This document shows, one piece after another, positions 34,431-43,121 of a stretch of 64,000 nt of DNA; the stretch's first letter is position 1, and each line of letters opens with the position of its first letter. Under the pieces are notes generated by a model, which saw only the letters and a list, made by a program, of their open reading frames with translations, searched no databases and was not told the origin of the DNA. Position numbers and translations under genes: made by a program. The stretch lies in assembly GCA_965208165.1 (NCBI GenBank), contig OZ242323.1, forward strand, positions 4,851,617-4,915,616. Reading direction: 5' to 3'. The DNA comes from Vicinamibacterales bacterium (GTDB lineage Bacteria; Acidobacteriota; Vicinamibacteria; Vicinamibacterales; UBA8438).

Positions 34431-36038
34431 ATGTTCGTGCGATCCCACGCGCTGGCGTTCGGCGTGATCGTCGCCGTGGCGGCTTCGCCCCCGATCGCGG
34501 CTGTCTCCGCCGCCCAGGCCGCGGCCCGCACGGCCCCGGACGACCCGCGGCTCGCCGACGCCGCCCAGGACCGGGACGTGGGCGCGATCCGCGCCCTCCT
34601 CGCCGAGGGACATGAGGTCGACGCCCCGCAAGCCGACGGCGCCACCGCCCTCGCGTGGGCGGCACACCGCGACGACGCGGAGATGGCCGACCTGCTGCTC
34701 CGGGCGGGGGCCGGGCCGAACGCCGCGAACGACCTCGGCGTGACCCCGCTGATGCTCGCGGCCGAGAACGGCAGCGCGCCGATGGTCGAGCGGCTTCTGC
34801 AAGCGGGGGCCGACCCGAACCTCGCCCGCCCCGCCGGCGGCACCGCCCTCATGATGGCCGCCCACTCCGGCAGCACCGCGGTGGTCCGCCGGCTCATCGC
34901 GGCCGGGGCCGACGTCGACGACGCGGCCGGCGGCGGGCAGACGGCGCTGATGTGGGCGGCGGCAGGAGGCCACCCGGGCGTGGTGACGGTGCTCGCGGAG
35001 GTCGGCGCGGACGTCGACGCGCGCACCGCGGCCCTGACCCGCCCGGGGCGGACCATCGTGCGCGAAGCCAGGGTGCTGAGCCGGTTCGAGGCCGTCAACC
35101 CGGCGTCGCTGCCCCGCGACGGGGACCGGGACCCGCCCCGGCCCGAGGGCGGGTTCACGCCCCTGCTCTACGCGGTCCTCGCCGGCGACGCCGAGTCGGT
35201 GGGCGTCCTGCTGGCGGCGGGGGCCGACGTCGACGACGCGGCACCAGACGGGGTGACCGCGCTGATGCTGGCCCTGACCAAGCGCCACACCGGCATCGCG
35301 CTCCAACTGCTGGAGGCGGGGGCGGACCCGCATCCCGCCGCGGCGGGGTACACGGCGCTGCACCTGGCCGCCGCCACCGGCCAGCCGGCGGCGGCGGAGG
35401 CGCTGCTGACGCGGGGGGCAGACCCGAACGCCCGCCTCGAGCGCCCGCAGCGCCTGACCAACGCGTTCGAGATCGGCGTCTTCACGTCGCCCGGCTCCGG
35501 CCGGCTGACCCAGATCGGGTCGACCCCGTTCCTCGTCGCCGCCAAGTCCGCCGACGCCGGCATGATGCGCCGGCTGGCCGAGGCCGGCGCCGACCCGCGG
35601 GCGACGACCGACGACGGCACCACCGCCCTGATGCTCGCGGCGGGGCTGGGCAAGCGCGCCGCCACCGACATCACCTACTACGACTGGACGGAGGAGAAGG
35701 CGGTCGAGGCCCTCGCGGCGGGCCTGGACCTCGGCCTCGACGTCGACGCCGCCAACGCGCACGGCGAGACCGCCCTCCACGCCGCCGCGTACCACAACGC
35801 GAACCCGGTCATCGAGTTCCTCGTGGGCCGCGGCGCCGACATCGACGCGCTGAACGCGGCCGGGCAGACGCCGTTGCGCATCGCCGAGGGACACCTCATC
35901 TGCTGCACCACCTTCGTGCGCCACGCCGAGGCGGCGGCGCGGCTGCGCGCGCTGGGCGCCGATCCGGACGCGGGCATCCGACTGACGTTCGGGCTGACGA
36001 ACTACGGCGACGAGGCGGCGGAGGAACCGCGGCCGTGA
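34431..36038 (+). CDS. Ankyrin repeat protein, secreted
   Basis: Signal-like VIVAVAASPPIAAVSAAQA. More than 8 ankyrin units (DGATALAWAAHRDDAEMADLLLRAGAGPN, GVTPLMLAAENGSAPMVERLLQAGADPN, GQTALMWAAAGGHPGVVTVLAEVGADVD ...). Confidence 0.9.
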   Translation: MFVRSHALAFGVIVAVAASPPIAAVSAAQAAARTAPDDPRLADAAQDRDVGAIRALLAEGHEVDAPQADGATALAWAAHRDDAEMADLLLRAGAGPNAANDLGVTPLMLAAENGSAPMVERLLQAGADPNLARPAGGTALMMAAHSGSTAVVRRLIAAGADVDDAAGGGQTALMWAAAGGHPGVVTVLAEVGADVDARTAALTRPGRTIVREARVLSRFEAVNPASLPRDGDRDPPRPEGGFTPLLYAVLAGDAESVGVLLAAGADVDDAAPDGVTALMLALTKRHTGIALQLLEAGADPHPAAAGYTALHLAAATGQPAAAEALLTRGADPNARLERPQRLTNAFEIGVFTSPGSGRLTQIGSTPFLVAAKSADAGMMRRLAEAGADPRATTDDGTTALMLAAGLGKRAATDITYYDWTEEKAVEALAAGLDLGLDVDAANAHGETALHAAAYHNANPVIEFLVGRGADIDALNAAGQTPLRIAEGHLICCTTFVRHAEAAARLRALGADPDAGIRLTFGLTNYGDEAAEEPRP

Positions 36039-36295
36039 CGGGAGGGCGGATGGCGGACGGCGCGGAACGGATCGCCGGCATCGCCGCTCCCGCCGTGGCG
36101 TAGGTCAGGCCGCAGCGGTGACCGGGAGGACGAATGGCGGACGGCGCAAGACGGACAATCGGCACCGCCGGCGTCGCCGCGGCCGCCGTGGCGTAGGTCA
36201 AGCCGCAGCGGTGACCGGGAGGACGGATGGCGGACGGCGCAGGACGGACAATCGGCACCGCCGACGTCGCCGCGGCCGGCACGGCGACCGAACCA
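36035..36295. repeat. Tandem repeat, about 83-93-bp period x about 2.8
   Basis: GTGAC(C)GGGAGG(A/G)CG(A/G)ATGGCGGACGGCGC...GCCGTGGCGTAGGTCA(G/A)GCCGCAGCG starts at 36035, 36118 and 36211. The ankyrin gene stop TGA (36036-36038) is the first GTGAC of the array. Confidence 0.85.
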
Positions 36296-36324
36296 CCACG
36301 GTCGTGACGCCGGAGAGGGTAACG

Positions 36325-38715
36325 ATGACAGGCAGCGCGGTACGGATCATCGGCATCGCCGGCCTCGCCCTGGCGGCGGCCGTCGCCGCGGCCGGGGCAC
36401 AGCCCCCCGCGGGCGCCCTCTCCGAGGCGGCCCCACGGCCGGCCGGCGGCACCGCCGAGGCCGTCTCCGCCCGCGCGGTCCTGGATCGCTACTGCGTCGC
36501 CTGCCACAACGCCCGCACCCTCACCGCCGGCCTCGCCCTCGACGACGTCGACCCCGCGCACGTCGCGGAGGATGCCGCGGTCTGGGAGAAGGTGCTGCGG
36601 AAGCTGCGCACCGCGACGATGCCGCCGTCCCCACGGCCGCGCCCCGACGCCGCGACCTACGCCTCGCTCGTCGACTACCTGGAGACCGCCCTCGACCGCT
36701 CGGCCGGGGCGGCTCCCGACCCCGGCCGCCCCGCGGTGCAGCGGCTGAACCGGGCCGAGTACGCCAACGCCGTCCGCGACCTGCTGGCCCTCGAGGTCGA
36801 CGCCCAGACCCTGCTGCCGGCCGACGAGTCGGGGTACGGCTTCGACAACATCGGCGACGTCCTCACCGTCTCGCCGGGGTTGCTCGAGCGCTACCTGCTG
36901 GCCGCCGCGAAGATCAGCCGGCAGGCTGTCGGGGACCCGACGCTGCGCCCCACCACCGCTCTCTACCGGACATCGCCGCTGCTCGCCCAGGACGGGCGTT
37001 CGAGCGAGGACCTGCCGTTCGGGTCGCGGGGCGGGCTCGCGGTGCGCCACCACTTCCCCCTCGACGCCGAGTACGTCATCCGGGTCGCCCTGCGGGGCCG
37101 GGCGCGGGCCGGGCACGCGCTGGAGGTCCGGCTCGACCGCGAGCGGGTCGGGCGCTTCGACCTCGGCGAGCGGGCGCCGCTCGAGGTGCGCGTCCCCGTC
37201 GCGGCCGGCACGCGGCTGCTCGGGGTCTCGTTCGTCGAGGCGCTGGAGCGGTCGCTGCCCCTCGACGGGCGCCCGCCGCCGCCCCCCATCACGAGCTTCG
37301 CGTTCACTCTCTACCCGAACCATCCGTCGGTGGAGCGCGTCGAGATCGTCGGGCCGTACGCGGGAAGGACCCCGGCCGACACCCCGAGCCGGCGCGCCAT
37401 CTTCACCTGCCGTCCGGAGGCGCCGGCGGACGAGACCGCGTGCGCGGGGCGCATCGTCGAGCGGCTCGCGCGACGCGCGTACCGTCGCCCTGTGACCGAT
37501 GCCGACACCGCCCCCCTGCTCGCCGCCTACGAGGCGGGGCGGCAGGAGGGCGGCGGCTTCGAGGACGGCGTCCGGTGGGCGATCGAGGCGCTGCTCGTCT
37601 CGCCGAAATTCCTGTTCCGGGTCGAGGAGACCCCGCCGGCGACCGTGCCCGGCGCCCCCTACCGCGTCGGCGACCTCGACCTCGCCTCGCGGCTCTCGTT
37701 CTTCCTCTGGAGCAGCATTCCCGACGACGAGCTCGTCGACCTCGCGGCGGACGGCCGGCTGCGCGAGCCGGGCGTCCTCGAGGAGCAGGTCCGCCGCATG
37801 CTCGACGATCCGCGCGCGGGGGCGCTGGTCGAGAACTTCGCGGGGCAGTGGCTCTATCTGCGCAACCTGCCCAGCGTCGCCCCCGACACGGTCCGGTTCC
37901 CCGACTTCGACGACAACCTGCGCCACGCGCTCCGCCAGGAGACCGAGCTGTTCATGGCGAGCCAGATCCGCGAGGACCGCGGCGTGCTCGACCTCCTGCG
38001 CGCCGACTACACCTTCATCAACGAGCGGCTGGCCCGGCACTACGGCATCCCCGGCGTCTACGGCAGCCACTTCCGGCGCGTGGCGTACCGCGACGACCGC
38101 CGCGCCGGCCTCCTGGGGCACGGCAGCCTGCTCACGGTGACCTCCTATCCTCACCGCACGTCCCCGGTGCTGCGCGGGAAGTGGCTGCTCGAGAACCTGC
38201 TGGGGGCCCCGCCGCCCCCGCCGCCCCCGGACATCCCCGAGCTCGACGAGCCCGGCGGCCGGGCGGCGCCGGCGACGATGCGCGAGCGCATGGCGCAGCA
38301 CCGGGCGAGCCCCGCCTGCGCGACGTGCCACGCCAAGATCGACCCGCTGGGGTTCGCGCTCGAGAACTTCGACGCGGTGGGGCGGTGGCGCACGCGCGAG
38401 GACGGCGCGGGCACGCCGATCGACGCCTCCGGCGCGCTCCCGGACGGCGCCCCCTTCGACGGCCCCGCCGCGTTCCGCGAGGCGCTGCTGCGCGAGCCCT
38501 GGGCCACCGAGTTCGCGACCACGGTCACCGAGAAGCTGATGACCTATGCCCTCGGCCGGGGGCTCGAGCACTACGACGCCCCGGCCGTGCGCCGCATCCT
38601 GCGCCACGCCGGACCCGGCGGCCACCGCTGGTCGTCGCTCGTTCAGGGCATCGTCGAGAGCGCCCCGTTTCAGATGCGGCGCGCGCCGGAAGCCGGCAAC
38701 GCCCGCGCGCAGTAG
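36325..38715 (+). CDS. DUF1592/DUF1588/DUF1587/DUF1585/DUF1595 multi-domain protein with N-terminal cytochrome-c-like CxxCH
   Basis: Trimmed to ATG at 36325 (GGAGAGGG upstream), because the 5' part of the ORF reads through the tandem repeat. Signal peptide IIGIAGLALAAAVAAAGAQ. CVACHN heme-binding-type motif. Further motifs: NRAEYANAVRDLL, FAGQWLYLRNL, LTVTSYPHRTSPVLRGKW, CATCHAKIDPLGFALENFDAVGRWR. Confidence 0.9.
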   Translation: MTGSAVRIIGIAGLALAAAVAAAGAQPPAGALSEAAPRPAGGTAEAVSARAVLDRYCVACHNARTLTAGLALDDVDPAHVAEDAAVWEKVLRKLRTATMPPSPRPRPDAATYASLVDYLETALDRSAGAAPDPGRPAVQRLNRAEYANAVRDLLALEVDAQTLLPADESGYGFDNIGDVLTVSPGLLERYLLAAAKISRQAVGDPTLRPTTALYRTSPLLAQDGRSSEDLPFGSRGGLAVRHHFPLDAEYVIRVALRGRARAGHALEVRLDRERVGRFDLGERAPLEVRVPVAAGTRLLGVSFVEALERSLPLDGRPPPPPITSFAFTLYPNHPSVERVEIVGPYAGRTPADTPSRRAIFTCRPEAPADETACAGRIVERLARRAYRRPVTDADTAPLLAAYEAGRQEGGGFEDGVRWAIEALLVSPKFLFRVEETPPATVPGAPYRVGDLDLASRLSFFLWSSIPDDELVDLAADGRLREPGVLEEQVRRMLDDPRAGALVENFAGQWLYLRNLPSVAPDTVRFPDFDDNLRHALRQETELFMASQIREDRGVLDLLRADYTFINERLARHYGIPGVYGSHFRRVAYRDDRRAGLLGHGSLLTVTSYPHRTSPVLRGKWLLENLLGAPPPPPPPDIPELDEPGGRAAPATMRERMAQHRASPACATCHAKIDPLGFALENFDAVGRWRTREDGAGTPIDASGALPDGAPFDGPAAFREALLREPWATEFATTVTEKLMTYALGRGLEHYDAPAVRRILRHAGPGGHRWSSLVQGIVESAPFQMRRAPEAGNARAQ

Positions 38716-38742
38716 AGCGGTAGAACCCGGGAGCCTGGACCC

Positions 38743-40098
38743 ATGATTATCACGAAGAAGACGCTGTCCCGCCGCACCGTGCTCCGCGGTCTCGGCGCCT
38801 CGCTCTCGCTGCCGCTCCTCGACGGCATGGTGCCGGCCCTCGAGGCAACCCGCAACACGGCGGCCAACCCGGTGCGCCGCTTCGGCGCCGTCTACGTCCC
38901 CAACGGGGTCGAGATGCGCGCGTGGACCCCGCCGGGCGAGGGCGGCCCGCTGGAGCTGTCCCCGGTCCTCGGGCCGCTCGCCCCGGTGAGGGAGCAGGTG
39001 AACGTGCTGAGCGGCCTCGCCGACAAGGTCGCCATCCCGCGCGAGGGCGAGGGCGTCGGCGACCACGCCCGCGCCGCCTCGACGTGGCTGACCGGCGTGC
39101 ACGTCAAGAAGACCGAGGGCGCCGACATCCGGGCCGGCACCTCGATGGACCAGATTGCGGCGCGCGCGTTCGGGCAGGAGACCCAGCTCACGTCGCTCGA
39201 GCTCGCCATCGACTCGGTCGAGGTGCTCGGGGCCTGCGACCAGGGCTACAGCTGCGCCTACGTCAACACCATCGCGTGGCGCAACCCGACCACCCCGCTG
39301 CCGATGGAGAACAACCCGCGCGCGGTGTTCGAGCGCCTGTTCGGGGCCACCGACAGCACCGACGTCGCGGCGCGGCTCGCCCGCCTGCGGCAGGACCGCA
39401 GCATCCTCGACTTCGTCACCGGCGAGGCCGACGCCCTCCGCCGCGCCCTCGGGGCCGGCGACCGGCAGAAGCTGGCCCAGTACCTCGACGCGGTGCGCGA
39501 CGTCGAGCGGCGCATCCAGATGGCGGAGGAGCAGAGCGACCGCGAGATCCCCGTCGTCGAGCAGCCGGTGGGCATCCCCGACACCTTCGAGGAGCACTGC
39601 CGGCTGATGTTCGACCTGCTGCTGCTCGCCTACCAGACCGACCTGACGCGCGTGAGCACGTTCATGTTCGGCAAGGAGGTCAGCGGCCGGTCGTTCCCCG
39701 AGATCGGGGTCCCCGGCGGCCACCACGGGTACTCGCACCACCAGAACGACCCCGAGAACCTCGCGATGCTCGCCCGCATCAACACCCACCACATCCGGCA
39801 GTTCGGGTACTTCCTGGAGAAGATGCAGGCGACCCCCGACGGCGAGGGCTCGCTGCTCGACCACTCGCTGTTCATCTACGGCTCGGGCATCAGCGACGGC
39901 AACCTCCACTTCCACCTCGACCTGCCGACCCTGCTCGCGGGCGGCGCGGCGGGACGGGTCCGGGGCGGGCGCCATCTGCGCTATCCCTCCGACACCCCCG
40001 TCGCCAACCTGCACGTCGCGGTCCTCGACAAGCTGGGGCTGCCGGTGGAGACCTTCGGCGACAGCACCGGCACGCTGGGGTATCTGACGGACGTGTGA
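38743..40098 (+). CDS. DUF1552 domain protein (Tat-signal, sulfatase-like fold family)
   Basis: 451 aa. LSRRTVLRGLGASLSLPLLDGM twin-arginine-like signal. SLELA..., DRSILDFV, DLTRVSTFMFG, GGHHGYSHH, SLFIYGSGISDGNLH motifs. Confidence 0.9.
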   Translation: MIITKKTLSRRTVLRGLGASLSLPLLDGMVPALEATRNTAANPVRRFGAVYVPNGVEMRAWTPPGEGGPLELSPVLGPLAPVREQVNVLSGLADKVAIPREGEGVGDHARAASTWLTGVHVKKTEGADIRAGTSMDQIAARAFGQETQLTSLELAIDSVEVLGACDQGYSCAYVNTIAWRNPTTPLPMENNPRAVFERLFGATDSTDVAARLARLRQDRSILDFVTGEADALRRALGAGDRQKLAQYLDAVRDVERRIQMAEEQSDREIPVVEQPVGIPDTFEEHCRLMFDLLLLAYQTDLTRVSTFMFGKEVSGRSFPEIGVPGGHHGYSHHQNDPENLAMLARINTHHIRQFGYFLEKMQATPDGEGSLLDHSLFIYGSGISDGNLHFHLDLPTLLAGGAAGRVRGGRHLRYPSDTPVANLHVAVLDKLGLPVETFGDSTGTLGYLTDV

Positions 40099-42791
40099 CG
40101 CGGAAGTTGCGCCGTCCGCCGCGGTCGAACGGCTCCCGGCACCGCGTCCGGCTGGCCGGCCTCGTCTTCCTGTCCGGCGCGGCCAGCCTCGTCTACGAGG
40201 TGCTCTGGCTCAAGGAGCTGAGCCTGCTGTTCGGGAGCACCGCGTACGCGGCCTCCACGACCCTCGCCGTCTTCTTCCTCGGCCTGGCCGTCGGCAGCGC
40301 GGCGTTCGGGCGCTGGTCGCCGCGACTGCGCTCGCCCCTGCGGGCCTATGCCTGGATCGAGCTGGGCATCGCGGTGTCGGCGGCCCTGTACTTCGTGCTG
40401 CTCGAGATCTACCTCCAGCTCTACGGTCCGATCTACGGCGCGCTGGTCGACCGGCCCGCCGCCTTCAACGCGTTCAGGGTCGCCCTGGCGACGCTCGTGC
40501 TGCTGCCGCCGGCCGCCCTGATGGGCGGCACGCTGCCGCTCCTGGGGCAGCACCTGGTGCGACGGCCGGACGAGCTCGGCCGTTACGGCGCACTGTTGTA
40601 CGCGGTCAACACCATCGGCGCGGCCACCGGTGCGTTCCTCGCGGGGTTCGTGCTGCCGCTCGCGCTCGGCTTCGACCGGGCGTATCTGCTGGCCATGGCC
40701 GTCAACGTGGCCGTCGCCGGCCTCGCGTGGCGGCTGTCGCAGGTCGAGAGGTTCGAACCCGTACAGGATCCTCGAGGTCGAGAACATGATCCGGATCGTC
40801 AACGGCGGTCGCAGGTCGAAGGGCGTGACGCCGCACGGGATCCGGACGTCCCCGCCGGCCGGCGCCGGCAACCGGACCGGCGCCCCGGAGTCTCGCGCCG
40901 GCGGCCGGCGGGCGCGGCTCCGGCTGGCGCGGCCGTCTCCGCCTGGCTCCTCGCCGCCGTCGCCGGCCTCTCCGGCATGTTCGCGCTCGGGCTCGAGGTG
41001 CTCTGGACGCGGATGTTCGCCCAGGTCCTGCAGAACTCGGTCTACACCTTCTCGACCGTCCTCGTGGTGTTCCTGGCCGCGCTGGCGGCCGGCTCGGCCA
41101 TCGCCAACCGCCTCTGCCGCGCACGGGCGGCGCCGGCGCGAGTGCTGTGGATGCTCCTCACCCTGTCGGGGCTCGGCGTCGCGGCCACGCCGTTCGCCTT
41201 CCACCACCTGACGGCCGGGCTCAGCACCCTCGCCACGGGCGACGGCTGGATCCCCTATGTCGTCTCGATCTTCGCGAACACGGCGCTGCTGCTGTTCGTG
41301 CCGACGGCGCTGCTCGGCGCCGTCTTCCCCTACCTGCTGCGCGCCGCGGAAGGGTCGCCGGCCGCGCCGGGCACCGTCATCGGACGCCTCGGCGCCCTCA
41401 ACACGGCGGGCGGCGTCGTCGGCGCCCTCGCGGCCGGGTTCGTGCTGCTCGGGACGATCGGGCTCTGGAACGGCGTGCGGCTCATCGCCGCCGGCTACCT
41501 CGTCCTCGCCCTGGCGTCCGCCTGGCGCGGCTGGCCGACGCCCCGCCGGCGGCTCGTGCCGGCCGCGGCCACTCTCGGCGCCCTCGCCCTCCTCGGCACC
41601 GTGCTCGACGCCTCGCGCCTGAGCGTCGTCGACGTCGACGCGGAGCGCGGCGAAGCGCTGCTCGCCACCTGGGAGGGCCCCGACGGCGTCGTCGCCGTCA
41701 TCGAGCGCGCCGGGAACCGGCGCATCGAGATGAACAACTTCTACACGCTGGGCGGGACGGGCTCCCTCGAGCAGGAGCAGAACCAGGCCCTGCTCCCCCT
41801 GATGACGCACCCCGACCCGCGCCGGGTCTTTCTCCTCGGCCTCGGCACCGGCATCACCGCGGGGACCGCGCTCAGGCACCCGGTCGAGCGGCTCCTGGTC
41901 TGCGAGATCGCGCCCGACGTCATCGCAGCCGCCGCGACGTACTTCGACGCGGCGAGCGGCGGGCTCTTCACCGACCCCCGGGCGTCGGTGCGCGCCTGCG
42001 ACGCCCGCAATCACCTGCTGGGGACGGCGGAGCGCTACGACGTGATCCTCGCCGACCTGTTCGTCCCCTGGCGGGCCGGCGTCGGCAGCCTCTACAGCCG
42101 CGAGCACTTCGAAGCGGCGCGCGACCGGCTCACGGCCGGGGGGCTCTTCGTCCAGTGGCTGCCGCTCTTCCAGGTGTCCCGCCGCGAGTTCGACCTGGTG
42201 GCGCGCACGATGCTGGCCGTCTTCGAGCAGGTGACGCTGTGGCGAGGCACCTTCAGCCCGGCGACCCCGTTCGTGGCGTTCGTCGGCGCGGCGGAGCCGA
42301 CCCGGCTCGACCCCGTGGTGATCGAGCGCAACGGGCGGCACCTGAGCGGCGGCGCGCCGCTGCCCGACGCCACCGCGCTCGCGGTCACCCTTCCGTTCTA
42401 CGCGGGGAACCTGTCGGCGGCCGAGGGGCTGATTCCGCCCGGGTCCGTCAACACCGACGACCGGCCGCTCGTCGAGTACCTGGCCCCGGTGACCCAGCGC
42501 GAGGAGCGCGCGGGGACGACGGGATGGTTCGACTCCACCGAGCTCGCAACCTTCCTCCGGCGCCTGGCGGCGGCGGCGCCGCCGGCCCGCGACCCGCACC
42601 TGGCCCTGCTGAGCGCCGCGCAACGGGACTTCGTGACGGCCGGCCTGAGCTACTACCAGGGAGCCGTCGCCAGCCGGCTCGGGCGCGACGCCGACGCCGA
42701 CCGGCACTTCCGCGACTTCGCGGGACGCATCCCCATCGAGTTCCGCCCGCCGATCGACGTGGGAGACAGAGACGCCGACGTGGTCCCGTAG
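40095..42791 (+). CDS. Fused polytopic membrane / spermidine-synthase-like (class I MTase fold) protein
   Basis: GTG at 40095 overlaps the DUF1552 stop (GTGA). Two multi-TM blocks (FLSGAASLVYEVLWLKELSLLFG..., LSGMFALGLEVLWTRMFAQVL...) and then a spermidine-synthase-like domain (VFLLGLGTGITAG, YDVILADLFVPW, LFVQWLPL). Confidence 0.8.
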   Translation: MTRKLRRPPRSNGSRHRVRLAGLVFLSGAASLVYEVLWLKELSLLFGSTAYAASTTLAVFFLGLAVGSAAFGRWSPRLRSPLRAYAWIELGIAVSAALYFVLLEIYLQLYGPIYGALVDRPAAFNAFRVALATLVLLPPAALMGGTLPLLGQHLVRRPDELGRYGALLYAVNTIGAATGAFLAGFVLPLALGFDRAYLLAMAVNVAVAGLAWRLSQVERFEPVQDPRGREHDPDRQRRSQVEGRDAARDPDVPAGRRRQPDRRPGVSRRRPAGAAPAGAAVSAWLLAAVAGLSGMFALGLEVLWTRMFAQVLQNSVYTFSTVLVVFLAALAAGSAIANRLCRARAAPARVLWMLLTLSGLGVAATPFAFHHLTAGLSTLATGDGWIPYVVSIFANTALLLFVPTALLGAVFPYLLRAAEGSPAAPGTVIGRLGALNTAGGVVGALAAGFVLLGTIGLWNGVRLIAAGYLVLALASAWRGWPTPRRRLVPAAATLGALALLGTVLDASRLSVVDVDAERGEALLATWEGPDGVVAVIERAGNRRIEMNNFYTLGGTGSLEQEQNQALLPLMTHPDPRRVFLLGLGTGITAGTALRHPVERLLVCEIAPDVIAAAATYFDAASGGLFTDPRASVRACDARNHLLGTAERYDVILADLFVPWRAGVGSLYSREHFEAARDRLTAGGLFVQWLPLFQVSRREFDLVARTMLAVFEQVTLWRGTFSPATPFVAFVGAAEPTRLDPVVIERNGRHLSGGAPLPDATALAVTLPFYAGNLSAAEGLIPPGSVNTDDRPLVEYLAPVTQREERAGTTGWFDSTELATFLRRLAAAAPPARDPHLALLSAAQRDFVTAGLSYYQGAVASRLGRDADADRHFRDFAGRIPIEFRPPIDVGDRDADVVP

Positions 42792-42856
42792 CTTGGCCGC
42801 CTCGATGCGGGGACGGGTATGGTGAAGTCTCGTATCCTCACTTCCTGGAACCCCGG

Positions 42857-43081
42857 ATGCCGGCGAAGCCGACCTCCAAGAACCAGTTGACACTTCCCAA
42901 GACGGTGATCTTCGACTTTCCGGACACCCGTTACTTCGACGTCACGCAAGAAGACGGCCGGATCGTGCTCACGCCCGTGCGCATCCGTCGGGCCGACGCC
43001 GTGCGCAGGAAGATCGCCGAGCTGGACCTGTCGGGAGCCGATGTGGCGGCGGCGGTGACCTGGGCTCGCCGGGGTGAATGA
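42857..43081 (+). CDS. AbrB/MazE/SpoVT-type antitoxin-like DNA-binding protein (orphan)
   Basis: 74 aa at the end of the 41147 frame. SKNQLTLPKTVIFDFPDTRYFDVTQEDGRIVLTPV is a swapped-hairpin AbrB-like motif. I see no credible toxin gene downstream. Confidence 0.7.
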   Translation: MPAKPTSKNQLTLPKTVIFDFPDTRYFDVTQEDGRIVLTPVRIRRADAVRRKIAELDLSGADVAAAVTWARRGE

Positions 43082-43121
43082 CTCCGCCGCGCACGTGGCT
43101 GGCTCGCCGGAGCGGCCCCGG

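Noticed and set aside
35896-40014. 1372-aa minus-strand ORF. Similar very long ORFs occur at 39981-42893 (-), 7707-10109 (+), 2151-3746 (+), 20281-22299 (+), 55113-57047 (+) and 22914-25124 (+).
   Set aside because: All are antisense to genes with strong, recognisable domain content. Their translations are Arg/Gly/Pro/Ala-rich low-complexity strings (e.g. runs of RRRR, GGRG). This is the usual stop-codon-poor antisense artefact of very GC-rich DNA.
40741-40830. tRNA-like T-arm string GGTTCGAACCC and local lower-GC patch with small palindromes (CCTCGAGG, GATCCGGATC) inside the fused spermidine-synthase-like gene
   Set aside because: I could not draw a cloverleaf (no acceptor or anticodon stems). 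The segment stays in frame and encodes a charged linker between the two TM blocks. It is probably just a variable loop.
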